Origin: Bacteriovoracia bacterium
Lineage (GTDB): Bacteria; Bdellovibrionota; UBA1018; CAIPTA01
Assembly: GCA_050246755.1 (NCBI GenBank)
Contig: JBFWVL010000001.1
Span: forward strand, 1,312,001 to 1,376,000
Direction of reading: 5' to 3'
Length of the DNA stretch: 64,000 nucleotides
The notes under the pieces are model-generated. The model was not told the origin of the DNA, did not search any database, and worked only from the letters and a program-made list of their open reading frames with translations. Each line of letters opens with the position of its first letter. The stretch's first letter is position 1. Below are positions 8,397 through 16,739 of this stretch, piece after piece. The translations under genes were made by a program, and so were the position numbers.

Positions 8397-8684
8397 ATGC
8401 GTAAAAATGCAATCAAAGGGATCTTGTTCTCAATCGCTAGTGCGACAGGGTTTTCCGCGCTTGCGGGAGAACTCCCACAGGGCTTGCACTTAGTCGAGGA
8501 GCTTCCCATTGAACAGCGGGTGATCGTGCATCAGCAGGTATTGAAATTTTTGAATGAGCATCCCGAAAATGCAGCCGATGCCAAGGTTATCGCGGTGGAT
8601 GAAAAGGGGACTGTATATGTCTTGGATGATAAGATGGAAAAAATGGCTCGTGTTGGTCAGCCTAGCTGCGTTGGTGGGCTTTAA
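8397..8684 (+). CDS. Small secreted protein, putative YcaO substrate / RiPP precursor (95 aa, ends …ARVGQPSCVGGL)
   Basis: Strong AAGGAGGT RBS overlapping the YcaO stop; Sec-type signal peptide (ALA|G); the only Cys sits in a C-terminal PSC-GG tail. Confidence 0.7.
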   Translation: MRKNAIKGILFSIASATGFSALAGELPQGLHLVEELPIEQRVIVHQQVLKFLNEHPENAADAKVIAVDEKGTVYVLDDKMEKMARVGQPSCVGGL

Positions 8685-10113
8685 TTCGCCAATGGCGATT
8701 GCTGGTTCGGAGAAGTCGGTGAATACGAAAAGCGTAAGAACGTATATGAATTTCGCCGGAGAAATTGATCCTGCCCATATTTTAACTATGGCTGATCTTG
8801 AACTCTCCGTTGCCCTGGCTACTCCGCTCGTCGTGTTCAATAACGAGCGCCAGGTGGTTTCGGGCTTGGCGGAAACATGGGCGATTCTTCCACCCGACCG
8901 TGTATCCTTCACCCTTCGCAAGAACCTCCGGTGGTCTGACGGCTCTTCTGTTACGGCTGCGGATTACAAAACTGCGCTGGAACGGGCGAAGCGCCTCTAC
9001 GCAAGTGATCTCAAGGCCCTATTTGAATCCGTCACCCGGATCGAGGCCCCCGACGACCGCACTCTTATTTTTATAACGAAGGGTGCAGTCTCGGAGAGCG
9101 GATTGCTGCTCAAGCTCACCGAACCCATGTATGGGCTCGTCGCCCTGAAGGGCGACGCTCTCGATCTTTCAAAGACTGTCGGCCCATTTTTCCTTAAAGA
9201 GAAGCGCGGCGATGTTTTGACCTTGGAGGCGAATAAAAATTGGTACGCCTACTCCAAGGATATGCCCTTGCTCGTCGAAATCAAACGCCCCAAAGATGGC
9301 TTTGATTTGATGGCAACTTTTGAGAAGGACGACTGGCCGAACCTGACCTCCGGCGGCTCGCTCATGCCGAAGGAAACCTTCGACCACTTGAGGAAAAACG
9401 GCTTCAAAACTTGGCAACGCAGTCTCGACAAGGTTTATAGCCTTTATCCCTCAAAGCGGTTTCTGAAAGCTGGAGGCGCGAACTTTATAAAAATCCTGGC
9501 AAAGAATGTGAATAACGCTTCATTGCTTAAGGGGCTCACTGGCTATGCCGACGCGGAACAATTTTTTCCGCGCGGCTATGAGCTGTACTCCGTTCGGCAA
9601 CCGAAGCTCCAAGCTCTCGACAAGTGGAGCGGCAAGAATGCCATAGTGGTTCTGTTGCTGGATACACCTGTTCTCTCTGGCATGCGTGAAGCCCTGGGGA
9701 AGACAATCTCGAATCTGTCAGGACATCCGGCCAAGATCGAAGTTATCCCCACCGCGAAATTGAGTGAACGTATGAAGCGCGGCGATTTCGACATTCTCGG
9801 CGTACAGGTTGCCGTCGCCGATCCGAATTTTGAAGGTGCGATGTCATTTTTTATCGAAAAAGATCCGCCGTTCATTCCGTCAGGAGAGGGCGCGGAGGAT
9901 TTTTCAGCCCAACTTCGCCAAGCACGCGGCCTACCTTCGTCGGCGGAGCGTTCCGCCCGCATGAGGGAGATTATCGTTCAAGCGCAGGAAGCGGGCCACG
10001 TCTTGCCTCTCTTCCATTTTTCTAGCATTGCCGTTGCAAAACCCGGCGTCGATCTATCGGAAATCCCGAACTCTGACGAAACGATCCTATTTTCCAAGGT
10101 GAGAATGCGATGA
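8617..10113 (+). CDS. Family-5 (OppA/DppA-like) extracytoplasmic peptide-binding protein, orphan
   Basis: GLAETW…SFTLRKNLRWSDGSSVTAADY is the family-5 SBP signature; signal peptide; start at 8617 (AAGGGGA RBS) or 8626; no permease or ATPase genes nearby. Confidence 0.85.
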   Translation: MSWMIRWKKWLVLVSLAALVGFNSPMAIAGSEKSVNTKSVRTYMNFAGEIDPAHILTMADLELSVALATPLVVFNNERQVVSGLAETWAILPPDRVSFTLRKNLRWSDGSSVTAADYKTALERAKRLYASDLKALFESVTRIEAPDDRTLIFITKGAVSESGLLLKLTEPMYGLVALKGDALDLSKTVGPFFLKEKRGDVLTLEANKNWYAYSKDMPLLVEIKRPKDGFDLMATFEKDDWPNLTSGGSLMPKETFDHLRKNGFKTWQRSLDKVYSLYPSKRFLKAGGANFIKILAKNVNNASLLKGLTGYADAEQFFPRGYELYSVRQPKLQALDKWSGKNAIVVLLLDTPVLSGMREALGKTISNLSGHPAKIEVIPTAKLSERMKRGDFDILGVQVAVADPNFEGAMSFFIEKDPPFIPSGEGAEDFSAQLRQARGLPSSAERSARMREIIVQAQEAGHVLPLFHFSSIAVAKPGVDLSEIPNSDETILFSKVRMR

Positions 10114-11474
10114 AATCCGAATCCTTGGAGCAAAATGTAAAACGCCAAGCCCTCGCCTGGACGAGTGCAGGCATCGTTTTCACCCTTTGCCTCACAGGAT
10201 CGCTTTCGCTTTTCCTTATGTTTAAGGATACCGAGCGCCAAGTCGAAACGCTCTCGACCTCGGCCATCACATCGGAGCGCACCGACATTCTTTCCGGCGA
10301 TATTCGTTCGATAGAACTGCGACTTAGAAAAAACTTTGGCATCGCGCCCGATGAAAGGCTACTTTTCCTCGACTCAAAACGTGCGCCCTGGGTTGGGGAT
10401 CTAAAACAGGAGAAGTTATCGCCTTGTGCGAGCCAAATTCCGTGCAGGCAGTGGTTTAATCAGCGGATCGTTCTCGAAAAGCCGATCTACTTTGACGACG
10501 AGGGAAAGCATCTCTGGGGTTACCTGCACATTGAAAAAGAGGCTAAGGCGAACTGGTCGCTGATTCTTGGCGTTGCAATCTCCATCGTGCTGGGAATGCT
10601 TTTTCAGGGAATCGGCGCTTATTACAAAACCCTAAAGTCCATTCGAGCGGTGAGCGCGGTACTCGCCGCGTGGGCGAAGAAAATTTCTGAAAACCCCAAA
10701 GACCAAAGCGCCTACACCCAAGTGCCATTCACGGAGATTGCGCCTGTTGGAAACGCGCTCCACGGCATGAAAGATTATATCGACGCGCTCGAAAGCAACG
10801 CCCGCGAACAAGGTGCCTTGGTCACGCTTCGCGGGATCGGCCACGACATTCTGAATCCCGTCGCCCGCATGAAGCGTATTCTTGGTCTTATCGAAATCGA
10901 AAAGCAATCCAATCCTGAAAACATCGCAAGCCTTCGCGCCAATCTCAAGCGCCTATCGAGTTATGCCGAGCAATTGAAGCTCATCTACAAGCGACAGATC
11001 GGCGAAGCAGACGACACCGCTCCCACCGTGGATGTTGCGAAGGAAGTGCGCGAGTTAGCCTCGGAGCTGTTGACCGATCCCGAAGCCATTGAAAAGGGCC
11101 TCAAGCTCCAAGTCGATGCGCAAACGCCCTGTGTGAGCCGGATTCCCGCTCCCGCGCTGAATCGGATTGTCGAAAATCTTTGCAGCAATGGCATCTACGC
11201 TAGCCCCGAAGGGGCCACGCTGTCATTGAAAGTAGAATCCAACGGCGACCGCGTTTCAATTCTCGTGCGTGACGAGGGCTCTGGCATTCCCGATGTGCTG
11301 CAAGCGAAAATTTTTGAGCCCGACTTTACCACTAAAGGCAATAAGGGCACGGGCCTTGGTCTTTTCGTGGTGAAGCAAATCTGCGAGCAATATGGCGGAC
11401 GAATCGCATTTTCGTCTAGCAAGAGCGGAACCGCATTCACTCTGGACTTTCCACGCGTGGAGGTGAGCCTATGA
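10110..11474 (+). CDS. Membrane sensor histidine kinase
   Basis: Two TM helices flanking a periplasmic domain; H-box GIGHDILNP, N-box ENLCSNG, G1 DEGSGI, F-box IFEPDFTTK, G2 GTGLGL. Confidence 0.92.
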   Translation: MKSESLEQNVKRQALAWTSAGIVFTLCLTGSLSLFLMFKDTERQVETLSTSAITSERTDILSGDIRSIELRLRKNFGIAPDERLLFLDSKRAPWVGDLKQEKLSPCASQIPCRQWFNQRIVLEKPIYFDDEGKHLWGYLHIEKEAKANWSLILGVAISIVLGMLFQGIGAYYKTLKSIRAVSAVLAAWAKKISENPKDQSAYTQVPFTEIAPVGNALHGMKDYIDALESNAREQGALVTLRGIGHDILNPVARMKRILGLIEIEKQSNPENIASLRANLKRLSSYAEQLKLIYKRQIGEADDTAPTVDVAKEVRELASELLTDPEAIEKGLKLQVDAQTPCVSRIPAPALNRIVENLCSNGIYASPEGATLSLKVESNGDRVSILVRDEGSGIPDVLQAKIFEPDFTTKGNKGTGLGLFVVKQICEQYGGRIAFSSSKSGTAFTLDFPRVEVSL

Positions 11475-12841
11475 GCTACCGCATTCTCCTTGTGGACGAC
11501 GATAGAGAAAATCTGAACGTGAACAAGGCGATCCTCTCGGCCTCTGGCTACCAAGTTGCAACCGTGAAGTCGGGCCAAGAGGCCATCGACACAATCAAAT
11601 CAGCGAGGAAAGACTTTGCCCTGGTGCTAATGGACTATCACATGCCCGGTATGTCGGGGGCCGTCGCGGTAACGGAGATTAAAAAGATCAAGCCGCACCA
11701 GCAGATTTTGGCCTACTCCCTCGATGACAACCGCGATGTGATGCGCGAGACATTCAGGGCAGGCGTGGTCGATTTCCTCGACAAAAATTCCGAGAACGAG
11801 GTGCTGCTTTCAACTGTCGCCGCGTATTGCGAAAAGTACGAACAGGTTTTCCGCCCAATCGAAATCGACGATATTACCTCCGGCGAAAAAGAAAAATTCA
11901 TTCAAAGCGTAGGCATGATTGGATGCTCGGAGAAACTCTATGGATTGGCTCGTCAGATCGAGAAGGTCGCGCCGTCAAAGGCGACAACACTCATTCTCGG
12001 CGAGAGCGGAACGGGAAAGGAACTTGTGGCCCGCGCCCTTCATAAGCGCAGTGACCGCGCCGGCGGCCCGTTTATCGCCATCAACATTGCGGCGGAACCC
12101 GCATCGCTTCTCGACTCCGCATTATTCGGCCATCGCAAGGGATCATTCACAGGGGCAACGAACGATCAGCAAGGGAAATTCCAGCTCGCCAATAAGGGCA
12201 CGATTTTCTTAGATGAGATCGGCGACATGAGCCTTGACCTTCAAGTGAAGCTCCTCCGCGTTTTGCAGGAGCGCGAGATAACTCCGGTCGGAGCGGCGCG
12301 GCCCATTCCCGTTGATGTGCGTATTGTCGCGGCCACGCACCGCGATTTGTCGAAGATGGTTGTCGAAGGAAAATTCCGCGAAGACCTCTACTACCGTCTG
12401 AGCGCGGTGATCCTCGAAACCTCGCCGCTTCGGAATCGTCCCGAAGACTTGGAGCCGCTGGTAGTTCACTTTACACGGGAAATTTGTAAAGAAAACGGCT
12501 TCAGCCGTACATTTCACCGCCGCTGCCTTGAAGTGATGCGTGACTACTACTGGAAAGGAAACGTGCGCGAACTTCGCTCCGTAATCGAGCGCCACCTGAT
12601 CGCAAGCGACAGCGACTTGATCCGCGTCGAAGATTTAGATGCCCGCCTCTACCAAAAAAGAGAAACTGACGAACCAAAAACGCTGAAAGAAATCGACAAC
12701 TACCTTGAAGGGATCAAGAAGCAGATGGTGTTGGACGCAGTGAAAAGCACTCGCACCAAAGCGGAAGCCGCCCGGAAGCTCGACATTCCCCCGAACGGAC
12801 TTCACTATTTCGTGGTGAAGTACGGCCTCGATACGAAGTAG
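11471..12841 (+). CDS. NtrC-family sigma54-dependent response regulator (REC-AAA+-HTH)
   Basis: ILLVDDD and LMDYHMP receiver, GESGTGKE Walker A, GSFTGA loop, FLDEIGD, FREDLYYRL, WKGNVREL, C-terminal Fis-type HTH. Confidence 0.95.
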   Translation: MSYRILLVDDDRENLNVNKAILSASGYQVATVKSGQEAIDTIKSARKDFALVLMDYHMPGMSGAVAVTEIKKIKPHQQILAYSLDDNRDVMRETFRAGVVDFLDKNSENEVLLSTVAAYCEKYEQVFRPIEIDDITSGEKEKFIQSVGMIGCSEKLYGLARQIEKVAPSKATTLILGESGTGKELVARALHKRSDRAGGPFIAINIAAEPASLLDSALFGHRKGSFTGATNDQQGKFQLANKGTIFLDEIGDMSLDLQVKLLRVLQEREITPVGAARPIPVDVRIVAATHRDLSKMVVEGKFREDLYYRLSAVILETSPLRNRPEDLEPLVVHFTREICKENGFSRTFHRRCLEVMRDYYWKGNVRELRSVIERHLIASDSDLIRVEDLDARLYQKRETDEPKTLKEIDNYLEGIKKQMVLDAVKSTRTKAEAARKLDIPPNGLHYFVVKYGLDTK

Positions 12842-12920
12842 TCGCTGCCCTGGAATGCTTGCTCCGGCGCGATTGCCGCCGGTAGTCATTGATTTTGCTG
12901 CCACTGTTTTGCATATCGTC

Positions 12921-12949
12921 TTTACTTGTCTCTGCTTGTCCTAGATAAT
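12921..12949 (+). promoter_or_regulatory. Putative sigma70 promoter overlapped by 10-bp-period direct repeats
   Basis: TTTACT-N17-GATAAT; ATCGTC/CTTGTC/CTTGTC at 12915, 12925 and 12935. Confidence 0.45.
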
Positions 12950-12973
12950 TTTTGAACCGGATACTCACCTATA

Positions 12974-13204
12974 ATGGAGATGCGAATGCAGGCGATTGAG
13001 CCCTGGTACTCAGTTGAGGAAATTGCTCGTCACTTAGGCGTTTCAAAAGAAACGATCTATCGCTGGATTGAGCGCCGAAACATACCAGCTCATCGCATGG
13101 GGAAACTCTGGAAATTCAAACCTAGCGAAGTGGACGCATGGGTACAGAATGGTGGCGCTGCCGATGATCGCACGCACCGCAATCCACCGGAAAGCAGCGT
13201 GTGA
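12974..13204 (+). CDS. Excisionase-like winged-HTH DNA-binding protein
   Basis: WYSVEEIARHLGVSKETIYRWI…IPAHRMGKLWKFKPSEVDAW is a typical HTH_17/Xis pattern; start may be the later Met. Confidence 0.85.
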   Translation: MEMRMQAIEPWYSVEEIARHLGVSKETIYRWIERRNIPAHRMGKLWKFKPSEVDAWVQNGGAADDRTHRNPPESSV

Positions 13205-13208
13205 CCTG

Positions 13209-16200
13209 ATGGTAAAACTCGAAGAACTAAAACAATCACTCTATGTTCGCGGCTTAGAAGGCAACGAAGTCGTCCAGATTAAAAGTATCGAGAAGGTTAG
13301 CGAAGACGCAGTTACCGTTCTATATAAAAATGCTAAGGGGCAATTCCGCGAGCAGATGGTTCACAGGGCCGATGAAGCCCGCATAGAGCTAGTGGAGAAC
13401 AGTTCTCGCCCTTGGAGCTTTCAAGCGGATGGTGCGGAGTTTCGCCTTGGCCTCGAAGCTCAACGCATTCGACTCGCGCATCTTTTTGATCCGATGATGG
13501 CGGTTCACAGCTCCAATGTAGAACCGCTTCCTCATCAAATAACCGCCGTCTATGAGGCCATGCTGCCCAGGCAGCCGCTTCGCTTTGTACTTGCTGACGA
13601 CCCGGGCGCTGGCAAAACAATCATGGCCGGGCTTTTTATTAAAGAACTTATCATGCGTGCTGATGCTAAACGCATCTTGATCGTGACCCCTGGTTCGTTG
13701 AGTGAGCAATGGCAGGAGGAGCTTTATGAAAAGTTCGGCCTTCGTTTCGATTTATTCAGCAGAGAAAAAATGGAGCAATCCGTTCGTGGAAATTATTTTG
13801 AAGAACAAGACTACTTGATCTGCCGCCTCGACCAACTTTCGCGGAACGAGGAATTTCTATCAAAACTCCATGCGACGGAGTGGGATTTAGTCATTGTCGA
13901 TGAAGCTCACAAAATGTCCGCCAGTTTTACAGGCGGCGAGGTTAAGCGCACCGACCGATATGCTCTGGGCGAACAATTGGGAAAAATTACGCGCCACTTA
14001 CTGCTGATGACTGCAACCCCCCACAACGGTAAAGAAGAAGATTTTCAACTATTTCTTTCGCTGCTCGACAGTGACCGCTTCTATGGAAAATTCCGTGATG
14101 GAGTTCACAAGGTAGATGTGTCGGACATCATGCGGAGAATGGTCAAAGAAGAACTGCGTCGTTTTGACGGAACAAAACTCTTCCCACCACGATTTGCCTA
14201 CACCGTAAACTACCCACTTTCCGTGGGCGAGCAAAACCTGTACGACGCAGTGACAACTTACGTTCGAGAGGAAATGGATCGCGCCGATAGGTTATCTGCC
14301 GTAGATAAGCGCCGAGGCGGAACTGTTGGTTTCGCTCTTACAGCCCTTCAGCGCCGACTAGCTTCAAGCCCCGCCGCCATTCACGAATCACTTAAGCGTC
14401 GCTTGAATCGTCTTCAAGCGCGCCTTGAGGAAATGAAGAAAGTCAGCTCCGGCCAACTGCCAAAGAACACCTTGGACAAATATAACCAAGCGGTGCCCTC
14501 AAACTTCGACGATGCCGACGATGAAATGAGTTCGGAGGAGTACGAAGAGTTCACCGATGAAGTGATTGATCAAGCAACCGCCGCACAAACGGTCGAGGAA
14601 CTTCAAAAAGAAATCATCATTTTAAAGGATCTTGAACAAGAAGCTCGCAAGGTTCGACTTTCCGGTGAAGACAAAAAGTGGTCTGAACTTTCGACCCTGC
14701 TCCAGGGCAATCCCCACATGAAGGATAAGAAAGGCAACTTCCGTAAGCTGCTTATCTTTACCGAGAGTCGCGACACCCTTGATTACCTTGTGGAAAAGAT
14801 TGTAGGCGTCTTCGGAAGCCCCGATAAGATCGTGACGATCCACGGGGGAACGAATCGTGACCGAAGAAAAGAAGCCCAAGCCCTTTTCCGAAACGATCCG
14901 AATGTTCATGTAATGATCGCAACCGATGCCGCTGGCGAAGGCGTGAACTTACAAAACGCAAACCTGATGGTGAACTACGACCTGCCCTGGAATCCAAATC
15001 GGATTGAGCAACGGTTTGGACGTATTCACAGGATCGGCCAGACTGAGGTCTGCCATCTCTGGAATATGGTTGCGAAAGGAACCCGCGAAGGCGATGTGTT
15101 TCATACTCTTTGTGAAAAATTGGAAGTTCAGAGCAAGGCTCTCGGCGGCAGAGTGTTTGACATACTTGGCGAAGCCTTCGAGGACATATCACTCAAAGAT
15201 TTGCTGATTCGAGCAATCCGTACTGCCGACAGTGATGCTGTTCGCCGAGAAATTCGGAAGGTTGTGTCTGATAGTCTCGAAACCGAACGAATCCAAGAAC
15301 TCTACAAGCGCAATGCGCTAGTTGAGCAGCACATGAATCTCGACCAACTCTACAAAGTGAAAGAGGACATGGATCGCGCGGAGGCTCGCAAACTCCAGCC
15401 CTATTTCATTCGGTCATTCTTCGATGAGGCTTTCAAATCCCTCGGCGGCGATATTCGTGCGCGAGAAACTGGTCGATGGGAAATCGCTCACGTTCCGCCA
15501 GTCGTGATTGAGCGAGCCAAGCAACTTCTCGGCTCTAGGCATCCAGTGACCAGAACCTACCAGAGGGTTTGTTTTGAAAAGAATGTCGTGCCAATTGAAG
15601 ATCGACCCAAAGTTGATCTCATTCACCCCGGGCATCCTCTGATGGCTGCTGTCACGGACATTATACTTGAGAAAAATCGTGGAAAGCTCCGGGAGGGGGC
15701 GATCCTTGTCGATCCCGCAGATGAATCGAATGAGCCTCGGGTAGTGTTCATGCTTGAGCATTCGATTAAGGAAAGTTCTGGGGAACAAAAGGTAGTTTCT
15801 CAATCTTTGCAGTTTGTCTCCATCGAAAAAAATCTTCAGCCTACCAATGCGGGCTGGGCTCCGCATATTGATCTTCGCGCCATCAAAGCCGAAGAACGCG
15901 AACTCGTCGCCGATGTGATTGGCGCTCCTTGGCTGAAGACTGAACTTGAAACTAAAGCATTGGCTTATGCTTCGCAAGAAATGGCTCCCCTTCATTTCAA
16001 GGAAACCAAAGAGCGTCGAGAAACCTTTGCCGACAAGGTGAATCAGGCAGTTCACGAGCGCCTAACGAAGGAAATTTCCTATTGGGAAGATCGATACGTC
16101 AAACTTAAGGAGCAACAAAGTGAAGGCAAGCAGCCCCGAATGCAGCCAGAAAATGCTCGCCGCAAGGTAGAAGAGCTTAACGCCCGCTTGGATCAAAGGA

Positions 16201-16739
16201 AAAAAGAAATCGCAGCGATGAGAAATGTAATTTCATCGACGCCTAATGTAATCGGTGGAGCGCTAATTATCCCGGCTGGCCTCCTCGCTCAGAAGTCTGG
16301 CAATACGACGTTCACAATAGATTCAGAGGCTCGTAAGCGTATCGAGAAGATCGCTATGAACGCTGTCATGGATGTTGAGCGTGGTTTTGGCCATCATGTT
16401 TTCGATGTTTCCGCTGACAAATGCGGCTGGGACGTAACTGCGCGAATCCCCCCGAAGGACGAACTTCTTTTTGAAGATCGCCATATAGAGGTGAAGGGCC
16501 GCGCAAAAGGTCAGGAAACCATCACCGTCACAGCCAACGAGATCATGTACGCACTAAACCAGCGGGAGAAATTCATCTTGGCGATTGTGATTATAGATGG
16601 GGATAAATTCGAGGGGCCATTCTACGTCAAGAATCCTTTCAAGAGCCCGCCAGATTTTCAGAGTGAAAGCAGAAATGTTCCCCTGAAGGAATTGTTGCAG
16701 ATGTCCGTTAAGCCCGAGCAAACGATTAGGAGGGGCTAG
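13209..16739 (+). CDS. SNF2-family helicase with C-terminal DUF3883-like PD-(D/E)xK nuclease
   Basis: LADDPGAGKT, DEAH, TATPH, QRFGRIHRIGQ motifs; C-terminal GWDV…IEVKG; probable start MVKLEELK at 13209. Confidence 0.9.
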   Translation: MVKLEELKQSLYVRGLEGNEVVQIKSIEKVSEDAVTVLYKNAKGQFREQMVHRADEARIELVENSSRPWSFQADGAEFRLGLEAQRIRLAHLFDPMMAVHSSNVEPLPHQITAVYEAMLPRQPLRFVLADDPGAGKTIMAGLFIKELIMRADAKRILIVTPGSLSEQWQEELYEKFGLRFDLFSREKMEQSVRGNYFEEQDYLICRLDQLSRNEEFLSKLHATEWDLVIVDEAHKMSASFTGGEVKRTDRYALGEQLGKITRHLLLMTATPHNGKEEDFQLFLSLLDSDRFYGKFRDGVHKVDVSDIMRRMVKEELRRFDGTKLFPPRFAYTVNYPLSVGEQNLYDAVTTYVREEMDRADRLSAVDKRRGGTVGFALTALQRRLASSPAAIHESLKRRLNRLQARLEEMKKVSSGQLPKNTLDKYNQAVPSNFDDADDEMSSEEYEEFTDEVIDQATAAQTVEELQKEIIILKDLEQEARKVRLSGEDKKWSELSTLLQGNPHMKDKKGNFRKLLIFTESRDTLDYLVEKIVGVFGSPDKIVTIHGGTNRDRRKEAQALFRNDPNVHVMIATDAAGEGVNLQNANLMVNYDLPWNPNRIEQRFGRIHRIGQTEVCHLWNMVAKGTREGDVFHTLCEKLEVQSKALGGRVFDILGEAFEDISLKDLLIRAIRTADSDAVRREIRKVVSDSLETERIQELYKRNALVEQHMNLDQLYKVKEDMDRAEARKLQPYFIRSFFDEAFKSLGGDIRARETGRWEIAHVPPVVIERAKQLLGSRHPVTRTYQRVCFEKNVVPIEDRPKVDLIHPGHPLMAAVTDIILEKNRGKLREGAILVDPADESNEPRVVFMLEHSIKESSGEQKVVSQSLQFVSIEKNLQPTNAGWAPHIDLRAIKAEERELVADVIGAPWLKTELETKALAYASQEMAPLHFKETKERRETFADKVNQAVHERLTKEISYWEDRYVKLKEQQSEGKQPRMQPENARRKVEELNARLDQRKKEIAAMRNVISSTPNVIGGALIIPAGLLAQKSGNTTFTIDSEARKRIEKIAMNAVMDVERGFGHHVFDVSADKCGWDVTARIPPKDELLFEDRHIEVKGRAKGQETITVTANEIMYALNQREKFILAIVIIDGDKFEGPFYVKNPFKSPPDFQSESRNVPLKELLQMSVKPEQTIRRG

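Noticed and set aside
7415-12841. Interpretation as an antimicrobial TOMM/bacteriocin cluster or an Opp uptake system
   Set aside because: No dehydrogenase, E1-like protein, exporter or immunity gene, a single Ser/Cys pair in the tail, and no permease or ATPase for the SBP; disfavoured but not excluded
12864-12882. CCGGCG-N7-CGCCGG hairpin after the response regulator as a terminator
   Set aside because: Short stem with no adjacent U-tract; not enough support
12974-13204. Xis-like gene as marker of an adjacent integrase/att site
   Set aside because: No integrase nearby; it is coupled to the helicase operon and more likely regulates it
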